Positions 32,401-40,009 of a DNA stretch of 64,000 nucleotides are shown here, piece by piece. The stretch lies in NCBI GenBank assembly GCA_964650355.1, contig CAZYTL010000005.1, positions 23,209 through 87,208 on the forward strand, given 5' to 3'. A program made the position numbers and the translations under genes. How positions within the stretch are numbered: position 1 is the stretch's first letter; every line of letters begins with the position of its first letter. Source of the DNA: an uncultured Gammaproteobacteria bacterium (GTDB taxonomy: Bacteria; Patescibacteriota; Microgenomatia; CAYXHB01; CAZYTL01). A model generated the notes under the pieces. The model was given only the letters and a program-made list of their open reading frames with translations. It made no database searches and was not told where the DNA came from.

Positions 32401-32729
32401 AAACCCTTACTGTTAACAGACCCATAAATAAACACTGTATCCCAGCCGTTTACTGCTTCGAAAGTGATTGGGTTGCCTACACTACCTGAACGCCGGACAT
32501 TAACTGTTTCCCTATAAACCCCGGGCATGATCCTCACCCGGTCACCAGCCTGAACAGTGTTAGCTGCCTTCTGAATAGAACTAAAAGGCAGTTGTTGTGT
32601 ACCAGAGTTATTATCATTGCCTGTAGTTGACACATAATAATCCGCCGCCCATACAGGTTTAGTTATCACTCCACCTAATCCGGCTATCAGCAGCACCAGC
32701 CCCAATTTAAACCAATCTCTATGACCCAT
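29457..32729 (-). CDS. Very large secreted beta-helix protein with PT linker, internal dockerin-like module and C-terminal LamG domain.
   Basis: 1090 aa. The N-terminus is AADYYVSTTGNDNNSGTQQLPFSSI. The linker is TPTPTPPPGTPTPTPVP. The module is SWLKFLTNWFGNLIAGDLVNDEQINSLDW. The LamG block is nearly identical to that of 23103..25175. Confidence 0.75.
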   Translation of the reverse strand: MGHRDWFKLGLVLLIAGLGGVITKPVWAADYYVSTTGNDNNSGTQQLPFSSIQKAANTVQAGDRVRIMPGVYRETVNVRRSGSVGNPITFEAVNGWDTVFIYGSVNSKGFSWRSEGNGVYSADISQLPAKPELIYELQVPGSAFNGWPKYPEITFFQEIGDGIVKYPKAHEPDFTVETYWKYHENWATADGGNSVWNDNQARSGCPSSPASDLLACMSPKMTANSSLYNLTDQNTGGDGLDLRKYADLVGAVAYMMDTRSAFYIFRRQISSFDKSSGKIGWSDRADFDYLSGIPGIGAFTKYYLEGNPAFLDREMEWYINQNRLYIKTRTQVSPANLNIEIATRGIGLDFSEQSNLVFKGLDIMFVNNLLNNEGDIQNPEGALVGFHYSQQGEHVKFDHIKIAHSGKGITLRRPKVKDGLLSKDTQIVNSEIYDIEGNALVTYPYSLEGMTTSGFPMMQIVNNQIHHIGFKPVNRDYGLYFSNAYKLIIKDNYIHDVAHKCIAVTESLGEYILVKDNYLERCGLNHSEGSGFGIYSKDVPYTKVLVMGNVIRNNRGWSYASANAFWRTTSTNGPNYNGVGFFQGFSGSGLNQDRTTGITIYRNIFINNGYIGTSGKAKVYNNTIMGMGVTRNGILAGGKSSTFDNFTIRNNIIDDNYFGIVANPANMNNPKVDYNLYQRDSSIGVPPIPNSANPAGHLLLDSGLYPKEDYIYAKVCDANDRGESICYQTPWEVHGVENQGQKLFVDATNLDTSPIQSIKAKLSLASGSKAIDSGMEPSEVKTLMANMAQVLGITIVDQAKSGNAYDIGALEYGGAVPLTPTPTPPPGTPTPTPVPIPSWLKFLTNWFGNLIAGDLVNDEQINSLDWTTKVSREGGSSFTNYALRFDGVDGYVEVPHSTDYKPVNQITIEGWIKADSFSTNNNLTSTAFNQMRIWMMGNNSIGQGFSCYLNYVNTGNQRVSWYTGVETGRWYHLACVYDGQYQRLYVDGVKVGEITVGSDTINQDSNPLMIGRMSTEYTDGEIDEVRIWDVARSEAEIEGNMNREVDVNTSELVGYWRLNEGNETLAHDATGNHNDGQLTNGVEWVADRPF

Positions 32730-32794
32730 GTCTTCACTCTACCACGGGTCAAGCATCACGAGCACGTAACAATAACTTCTTTAGACTCCTGATT

Positions 32795-32850
32795 ACCGTT
32801 TACCATTTACCTGCCCGCAATGCTACGCATCGCGTTGCAGGCGGGCTGAT
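32795..32850. repeat. Second copy of the GC-rich palindromic element (cctgcccgcaatgctacgcatcgcgttgcaggcgggctg), 3' of the pectate-lyase gene.
   Basis: Sequence identity to 2638-2717 apart from an internal expansion in that copy. Confidence 0.5.
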
Positions 32851-34358
32851 TACAGATTACTTATTACCTTTCCCCAATCCATCACATTCACTATCCCATC
32901 CCCGTCTTGATCTCCGAGGGGACTCTTCCAGTTCATCAATAACTCTTTCCACCAACTCTCTCCTTCCGGTAATTTCGGATCAGTCCCGTTCAAATACTCC
33001 TCCAAATCCGTATACCCATCCCCGTCAAAATCGCTTCCCGAATCATCAGCGGAACCTTGGTTCAAATTACCAAAATTAGCTAGCTCCCAACTATCTGGCA
33101 TTCCGTCACTATCCTCGTCATTAAATACTGTTACCGAACTTAAATTAGGCCACTTAATCGCTGACCTTCCACTTGCACCATCATAATCAACTCCATTTAG
33201 ATAACTCGCGTTTCCGTTCTTTAATTCATCAATTATCCTCCGAGTATTCGCATCCGTCACCGACAGTCTGGGACCGGCCTCGTCCAAAATCTTCTGATAA
33301 GCCTGCTCAGCACTCTCTACCTTTTGCATCGAAAAGGGCTCGTTCCTCGTACTCCTGTATGCTTCTAAGGGTGGTCTTCTAATATAAGCGATTCCCGGAG
33401 CCACATTCCCGATCTCATACACTGCATTAGTATAAATCTGTGTGTCCATGGTAGCATCCGGCTGGTATACATATTCAATCCCGCTGGCGCTTTCCGGGCC
33501 CTTCAAAAAATAATTATTAATCAAATTTAATGATCGCGGATTACCACTCACTGGCGTGTGCCCAAAGTTATAAACTAAATTATTTACAAAATCAACGTTC
33601 TGACTCAACCGGATTTGAGGATTCCGGGCTGTAGAATTAGTTAACAAATTATGATGCAACGTCACGTACTTTGCATAATTAAACAATTCATTCTTATTCC
33701 TGGGAAAATTAGTATTCATCGAATGGAAGTTTGGCGGTCGCGCCTCGCTATGCTTTGAATGATACAATCCCTCACCTAGAATAGACCATTGAATCGTCAC
33801 ATAATCCGCAGTTGGCAATATCTCCGGCCCGCCCTGGTCGGACCCCCAGATCAATTCGCTGTGATCTATGATGATATTTTCATATCTTACAGTCCCGCTA
33901 GCCTTACCAATATTAATTCCCGCCCTAGTGTCAGGAGAACTGGAACTTTGCGAAACATCATCACCCACCCTCAATTTCAAATATCTAATTACCACATCAT
34001 GAGTAAATATAAATAAACTGGCATCTCTTATCTGAATACCGTCTCCGGGCGCTGTCTGGCCGGCTATAGTTATATATGGATTCTCGATTTTTATATTACT
34101 TTTAAGTCTTATTGTTCCCCCGACTTTAAACACCACCGTCCTCCGACCCGACGCCTCCAATGCCGCTCTGAAACTTCCCGGTCCGGAATCATCTAAATTT
34201 TGCACATAAATTACCCTTCCTCCGCGTCCTCCCTCCGTTGTTGATCCAAAACCTTCTGCCCCCGGAAAAGCGGGTAAAGAAACCGCCCAAACCGGACGAA
34301 CTGCCAACAATCCCATCCCTGTTACCATGAAACTTACAACCAACCAGCTTCGTCTCAT
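32850..34358 (-). CDS. Secreted pectate-lyase-like protein with Ca-binding Asp-rich insert and dockerin-like tail.
   Basis: 502 aa. The N-terminus FPGAEGFGSTTEGGRGGRVIYVQNLDDSGPGSFRAAL is recalled from bacterial pectate lyases. There is a thrombospondin-type DSDGMPDSWE...DFDGDGYTDLEE block. The tail is ELLMNWKSPLGDQDGDGIVNVMDWGKVISNL. Confidence 0.65.
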   Translation of the reverse strand: MRRSWLVVSFMVTGMGLLAVRPVWAVSLPAFPGAEGFGSTTEGGRGGRVIYVQNLDDSGPGSFRAALEASGRRTVVFKVGGTIRLKSNIKIENPYITIAGQTAPGDGIQIRDASLFIFTHDVVIRYLKLRVGDDVSQSSSSPDTRAGINIGKASGTVRYENIIIDHSELIWGSDQGGPEILPTADYVTIQWSILGEGLYHSKHSEARPPNFHSMNTNFPRNKNELFNYAKYVTLHHNLLTNSTARNPQIRLSQNVDFVNNLVYNFGHTPVSGNPRSLNLINNYFLKGPESASGIEYVYQPDATMDTQIYTNAVYEIGNVAPGIAYIRRPPLEAYRSTRNEPFSMQKVESAEQAYQKILDEAGPRLSVTDANTRRIIDELKNGNASYLNGVDYDGASGRSAIKWPNLSSVTVFNDEDSDGMPDSWELANFGNLNQGSADDSGSDFDGDGYTDLEEYLNGTDPKLPEGESWWKELLMNWKSPLGDQDGDGIVNVMDWGKVISNL

Positions 34359-34418
34359 ATTCTCACTCTACCATGGATCAAGCATCACGTAGCACTAACA
34401 CGTAACAAGTCCGATAGC

Positions 34419-36536
34419 CTACTGACCATTGACCCTCACAGTCCAGTCCCAGCTATTCACTTTCCCATCCCCATTTCCGTCTCCTGTTACTCCAAACCAA
34501 CTACTCAGCAAATACTCCCACCCAGGTCCCTGATAAACTAATCGCACCGCATCCGCCACCACATCCTCTCCTGAACTGGCCATATCACTTACTACCACCG
34601 ATCCTTGATTCATAAAATAATGTCTCCCCAATAGATTCCATTGCCCGTCAGTTACCTGTTGATTCATCCTCAACTCGTCTGTCCCTCCGGCAAAATTGAT
34701 CGTGTACGGCACATCAGCAGGCCGCTTCGCCAATGGCCACCAACTCGCATACACATCATACATTCCCGGTTTACTTACACTAAATGACCAGGTAGCTGTA
34801 TCTCCGTCTCCTATCAAATGATTAAACAGATGCGATCCTCCATAGTGCAACCCTTGGGGATCAACGTATTCCTGCCAAGCATCCGGCCCGGATGTGGTTC
34901 GGAATCCCGCGTCCGCGTTATCCACAATCACCACCTCTATATCAGGTGTAGGAGTTGGCGTCGGGGATAACGTCGGCGTCGGCGAAGCTGAACCCGGGGT
35001 CGGAGTGGGAATCGTCCCTCCGTACACTCCATCCAGAGTTTTCCATAATCCCCCACTGCTTTGCCATGTAACCGAAATCCCTCTCTCCGCCATAATTCTG
35101 TCTTCCATAGGCCAGGGCCACAACGGCTGAGTCGTTAATACTCCGTCTTCGTAACGATATATTACATCCGCCCCCACATCTCCTCCGTTTTCTCCTTTGC
35201 CAGCCAATTCCGTCCTTGAGGCCATTAAATAAGCCCCGTATCCGTATTTGCCCACCGGCCAATTAACCGTTAACGAACTTTCATTACTCCCGCTACTGGT
35301 ATTGAAATAAGGATGCGTCATCACCGGTGTGAATCGATTTTGAGAGTGTGTCAACAAACCGGAAACCCCGCTTTCTTTATAGAAAGCGTACCCGGAATCC
35401 AATCCGCCGAAATAAGCATCCCTCACTTCCAAGGCTCCGGAGTTTCCTTCGGCCAGCACCACACCTCTGGCAGCAGCGGCATTGCTGATCCACGTAAAAT
35501 TCCTTACCTGGTTATTACTACTTTTATTCGAAGACACGCCCCTGGGTGCTGATTCTGCGTTCGTGGCGTTAATCGCCACAATATTTTCCATCCGACAACC
35601 ACTACACGACGTAAAGTAATAAGAATTTCCCTTGCCTTCCTTAATTACCGACCCCAAAACTTTCTGGTTTTGTCCCGGAATAATAATTCCGTGCACCGGT
35701 GCGCTATAAGCATTACCCGAGCTGTCTTTTCCGTGGCATGGCAAAGCCTCCGCACTGCCATTAAACCCGATCGCATTTTCAATCACCGTATTATAACCTC
35801 CGTATACTTCAATATTTTGACACCATGCATACTTATCAGGATTGCTGAATTTCTCCCACAGATTAAAAAATCTCCGCACAGTCACATCATACGTATCCCA
35901 ATCAACCAGCAAACCATGAATCCCTTCCCCGTAAGCTGCTCCGTCTTCAATTAAAATATCATGCGTATAAATCAATTGATTATTTGTGTCTCTACCTCCT
36001 CCTTCAATTTTAAACACCGGATTCCACAACCCCTTCCCGTCTCTGGCAGACACCCTTCGTAAACGAACATCATGCGACCCTGATCCCGCCACCCCGCTCA
36101 CCCCCTTGATCGTTACCGGTGAACATTGCCCCCCCACAATATTGGGATTTGAACATTTTCTAAAATAAATCCCTTCAACATCAATATAGCTTGACCGCTC
36201 TATCCACAAAGTCAAACGTTGATTCTCACCGTCTACTACAACCTGGCCGTCATTAATTGCTCTAATTACAATCCGTGCATCAACCCTGCCTTGTTTATTT
36301 ACCACCTTCATTGCCTGTCGATACGTCCCGTTATAAATATTTAATCTATCTCCGAGACCCAATTCTCCTATCGCGTGGGCAAAAGTCGCCCACGGACTCT
36401 GACTGCTACCACTGTTACTATCACTCCCGTTCGTAGCTACATAGTAATCCACCGCCCACACCGGTTTAGTTACCACATTCAAATTCATCCCCACTCCGAT
36501 CAATAATCCAACCACCGTAACCATTCTTATCTTCAT
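34419..36536 (-). CDS. Secreted beta-helix protein with beta-sandwich carbohydrate-binding-like module and dockerin-like tail.
   Basis: 705 aa. The N-terminus is AVDYYVATNGSDSNSGSSQSPWATF. The CBD block is DTATWSFSVSKPGMYDVYASWW. The tail is WEYLLSSWFGVTGDGNGDGKVNSWDWTVRVNGQ. Confidence 0.75.
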   Translation of the reverse strand: MKIRMVTVVGLLIGVGMNLNVVTKPVWAVDYYVATNGSDSNSGSSQSPWATFAHAIGELGLGDRLNIYNGTYRQAMKVVNKQGRVDARIVIRAINDGQVVVDGENQRLTLWIERSSYIDVEGIYFRKCSNPNIVGGQCSPVTIKGVSGVAGSGSHDVRLRRVSARDGKGLWNPVFKIEGGGRDTNNQLIYTHDILIEDGAAYGEGIHGLLVDWDTYDVTVRRFFNLWEKFSNPDKYAWCQNIEVYGGYNTVIENAIGFNGSAEALPCHGKDSSGNAYSAPVHGIIIPGQNQKVLGSVIKEGKGNSYYFTSCSGCRMENIVAINATNAESAPRGVSSNKSSNNQVRNFTWISNAAAARGVVLAEGNSGALEVRDAYFGGLDSGYAFYKESGVSGLLTHSQNRFTPVMTHPYFNTSSGSNESSLTVNWPVGKYGYGAYLMASRTELAGKGENGGDVGADVIYRYEDGVLTTQPLWPWPMEDRIMAERGISVTWQSSGGLWKTLDGVYGGTIPTPTPGSASPTPTLSPTPTPTPDIEVVIVDNADAGFRTTSGPDAWQEYVDPQGLHYGGSHLFNHLIGDGDTATWSFSVSKPGMYDVYASWWPLAKRPADVPYTINFAGGTDELRMNQQVTDGQWNLLGRHYFMNQGSVVVSDMASSGEDVVADAVRLVYQGPGWEYLLSSWFGVTGDGNGDGKVNSWDWTVRVNGQ

Positions 36537-36589
36537 ATATTCACTCTATCATGCAAGATTTCATTCCGTATACCTACTCCGTAAATCCT

Positions 36590-37325
36590 CTACCTCCTCG
36601 CCCACCCCACCCCATTGATCAACTGACCGTCGATATGATTACTCGTCGCGTCATGTGCCACCATTCCGCTCCCCTCATTAAACTTCCAATAACCTACCAA
36701 TCCCGGAGAACTCACGTCCACCTCCTTGTTCATATTCCCCTCGATCTCCGCCTCACTTCTGGCCACATCCCAGATTCTCACCTCATCTATCTCCCCGCTC
36801 ATATACTCTGCGCTCAACCTCCCAATCAATAATGGATTGCTATCCTGGTTTATCGTATCACTCCCGACACTGACCTCTTCCACCTTTACTCCGTCTACAT
36901 ATAGCCTCTGATACTGTCCGTCATACATACACGCCATGTGATACCACGTATTATTACTCACACTTGTGTCCCAACTCACCCGACGATTGCCTGCATTAAC
37001 GTAGTTAAAATAACAATTGAAACTGCTTTCATTTACCCACAGTCTCATCTGATTAAAGGCTGTACTCATCAAATTACTATTAGCGCTAAAATTATCAGCC
37101 TTCACCCATCCCTCTATCGTAATTCTATTACCGGGCTTGTATGCGCTACTACTGGGCACTTCCACATAACCATCCACCCCGTCAAAACTTAAACTGTAAT
37201 TCGTATTCATCCCCACTTTCGTTGCCCAATCCAAACTATTAACCTTTCCATCCCCAACCAAATCCAGTCAGGCTCATCCCCAGCCCTATCAATAACCAAA
37301 CCAGCAAGACTAATCTTCTCCGCAT
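36590..37325 (-). pseudogene. Minimal or remnant family member. The family promoter and signal peptide are joined, across a +1 frameshift, directly to a dockerin-like module plus LamG domain.
   Basis: From the ATG at 37325 the reading is MRRRLVLLVWLLIGLGMSL..., stopping after 28 codons. Skipping 1 nt gives LDLVGDGKVNSLDWATKVGMNTNYSLSFDG... open to 36590. The ORF track starts this frame at a TTG (37261). The TGATAGAGTGGAAGT-ATG promoter box is present at 37326-37340. It looks like a deletion derivative of a 23103-like gene. Confidence 0.55.
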
Positions 37326-37381
37326 ACTTCCACTCTATCATAGCCCAACGTAACCCATACGTAACAAAAACAAAATGCTAA

Positions 37382-39976
37382 TTACTGACCAACAACTACC
37401 TCTGTCCAGTCCCAACTATTCACCTTCCCGTCTCCATTTATATCTCCTAAACTTGTCAACCAGTTCATCAACAAATACTTCAAATCTCTCATCCGATATA
37501 TTAGCCTGTCTTTAATCACCATCTCCCCAAAAGCCGTGGTATCATCCGCCGGTTTTTTCACTTTCACCGGAAACCATAATAAATAGTTGTCCCTGCTTCC
37601 TCCGTCGTCATCGTCATTGATACCCAAATCAAACCCCATTATTTGATTCACTGATACATTACTCTGCCCTAAATTGGGATCCCAAGGTATGGCTACTTCT
37701 ATCACGTAGCCATCGCTACTGATGGCCACCGCATGCTCCACCCCGGTTGCTTCGCTGATTGCCCCATGCTCAGCTATACGGTTGAGTAAATCAACCGTAT
37801 ATTGGTGGTCGTTCGCATCATAATCAGCCTGACTATCTCTATCCCCGTCTACAAAAATCTCCACGCTGTCATCATCCCATATATTAGTCGACTCGTTACT
37901 TACCAATTGATCATCTGTCACTTTCACCCCTACATATAAATACTGCTCATCCCATGCCATCTGCCAACTCCCGTTCACGTCACTTGCCGGCTCACTCGCC
38001 TCCGCATAGCCAAACTCCCCCTCGTTCACTGGTATCCCTTGCCAGTCATCCAAATTCCCATCTATCATCAACGGCGCAAACACCCGCACTCCTTCCACCG
38101 GTAACCACGGCACTATCGTCGGCGTCGGACTGGCACTACTACTAACTGTTAACTGTCTCCAATTATAACTCAGAGTAGGATACCCTGGATAACTAAGAGT
38201 AAACACGTCTGATCCGTAAGCAAACTGCGCATAAGGACTATCCAAAATCGGATAACTCAAGTCAGCTTTAGTTAACGCCTGTCCGTTAATTTCCCGCCCT
38301 TTTAAAATATCACTGTCATATCGCAGTGACAAACTGGCTCCGTCTTTTGCTTGATAATTAATTTGCGGATAGGTTTTACTAAAACTCACGCTGCGTGATC
38401 GGATATTCTGCTTAAAAGCATCAAAAGACGCATAATCGTCAACATGGGCAATTTCCCCGACTCCACCTGATTTTCCATTTGCCCTTACTAACCAATAACC
38501 ATTCTTTGAATCCCAAACCATTTTTCCACTCTCTCCCCAGGCTCGGTATGCGATATAAGCTTCACCCTGCTGACCAAACCACCACCCGCTATAAGAAGAA
38601 GGTACATCCAATGTCGCATACTTAGGAATGTGCACCTGGGTAAACTCATACGTCTTCCCGTAAGGATTCCATACCTGCATCATCACATTCTTATAAAAAA
38701 GCATCCTCCGCTTCCCTCCGAACTCTATAGTAAAATCTCCCTCTCCGCTACCCGAATTTGCTTGGTTTGGGTCGCTGAAATCACCTGCATCCCCCGGTTG
38801 GATCTGAGTCAACACCGTCCTCTTCCCCCCTGCCTCTTCTGAAGTATAAATGCTATTCGTCTGGCCGTTGTTGGGCCAACCACTTGTATAGGCTTGACTG
38901 CCCCCCATGCCTGCTGCCTGGTTTTTAAGCACAAAATAATTCAACGGGTCTAGCCTCTTGTTGTCTATAAAGATTGCCGTGCCATAATCCCTGATATCTG
39001 AAAAAATGTCTGCCATTCTCCGCCATGAAAAATTTCCCTCAGCCGCCTTGCGGTGATAAATCTCTCTAATGATATCAGGAGGTTGATAACCTGACACCAC
39101 AATCCCCGGAGCTTTCCAGCTTAAAAAACCAGGCACGGGAATCTGCTCGGCAAACAACAACCACTTCCCGGTCAGAGACCAATTATCGTCCTCTACTGCC
39201 CCTTTATAGTCTCTACTTTCCGGCCCCACGTAAAGATTATGCGGCAACAAATTCAACGCGTTATTCAACAAAATATAATCAAGCGCAAACTGAGCCTTCT
39301 TCCGAATCTGCGCATCATTAGAATACGTCAAAGCCGTCAATCCCAAACAGGTGAGATCCGTGTAACTAGCGGAGTTGAATTCGAATTCTCCACTGGTCAT
39401 CATCCTTTCATAAGCCCGGTTAAAACGCATCTTTGCCACATCAATTCTAGTCTGATTCCCCAAAGCCTCCCCTGATAACATCACCGTCGCCGCCCACGTT
39501 ACCAAATGATTACTCATGGGTTCATCTCTGTTATCACCCCAAGTATCGTTCATTGCCCTTCTGAATACCTGATTCTTCAAGTCCGTACTAATACCAATAT
39601 CCGGATATTTCCTCAACCCCAAAACCACACTCACAGTCCAATGGTGATCAGCATTGCTATTGTTTAAACTCAGTGTGGTCTTGATATCTTTTTCCAAATT
39701 AGCCACTGTGTCATCAGAGTACGCCCATCCCCGCTTAATCCGCTCCATTCTGGCCAAAATCACTCCGCCGTTTTTCCGAATATCTCCGTCAATCGTTCGA
39801 ATATTCCTGTCCCAATTTCTAATCAAATATTCCGCGTGCTGATTATAGATCGTTTGATAACCACTCTCTACGATCGCAGCTTCTACAGGCAAAGAAAACC
39901 AGTAGACAAACACTATTGCCATTACTAAGCACACCCCCGTCTTAAATCCCCCGCTAATTAGATTACTTTTTGTCAC
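37382..39976 (-). CDS. Secreted large protein (unknown, possibly polysaccharide-lyase-like N-region) with CBM9-like module and dockerin-like tail. The ORF-track start is a GTG.
   Basis: 864 aa. The CBM9-like block MIDGNLDDWQGIPVNEGEFGYAEASEPASDVNG is about 85% identical to the domains in 275 and 14604. The tail is LLMNWLTSLGDINGDGKVNSWDWTEVVVGQ. There is no TAGAGT box upstream. Confidence 0.7.
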   Translation of the reverse strand: MTKSNLISGGFKTGVCLVMAIVFVYWFSLPVEAAIVESGYQTIYNQHAEYLIRNWDRNIRTIDGDIRKNGGVILARMERIKRGWAYSDDTVANLEKDIKTTLSLNNSNADHHWTVSVVLGLRKYPDIGISTDLKNQVFRRAMNDTWGDNRDEPMSNHLVTWAATVMLSGEALGNQTRIDVAKMRFNRAYERMMTSGEFEFNSASYTDLTCLGLTALTYSNDAQIRKKAQFALDYILLNNALNLLPHNLYVGPESRDYKGAVEDDNWSLTGKWLLFAEQIPVPGFLSWKAPGIVVSGYQPPDIIREIYHRKAAEGNFSWRRMADIFSDIRDYGTAIFIDNKRLDPLNYFVLKNQAAGMGGSQAYTSGWPNNGQTNSIYTSEEAGGKRTVLTQIQPGDAGDFSDPNQANSGSGEGDFTIEFGGKRRMLFYKNVMMQVWNPYGKTYEFTQVHIPKYATLDVPSSYSGWWFGQQGEAYIAYRAWGESGKMVWDSKNGYWLVRANGKSGGVGEIAHVDDYASFDAFKQNIRSRSVSFSKTYPQINYQAKDGASLSLRYDSDILKGREINGQALTKADLSYPILDSPYAQFAYGSDVFTLSYPGYPTLSYNWRQLTVSSSASPTPTIVPWLPVEGVRVFAPLMIDGNLDDWQGIPVNEGEFGYAEASEPASDVNGSWQMAWDEQYLYVGVKVTDDQLVSNESTNIWDDDSVEIFVDGDRDSQADYDANDHQYTVDLLNRIAEHGAISEATGVEHAVAISSDGYVIEVAIPWDPNLGQSNVSVNQIMGFDLGINDDDDGGSRDNYLLWFPVKVKKPADDTTAFGEMVIKDRLIYRMRDLKYLLMNWLTSLGDINGDGKVNSWDWTEVVVGQ

Positions 39977-40009
39977 TATTTTTAATCTAGCACACCCTTA
40001 CAGTTACCA

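Noticed and set aside
39977-40009. Family promoter box upstream of 37382..39976.
   Set aside because: No TAGAGT or ACGTAAC element is present there. The gene has a different N-terminus and a GTG or TTG start in the ORF track, so it was not counted among the shared promoters.
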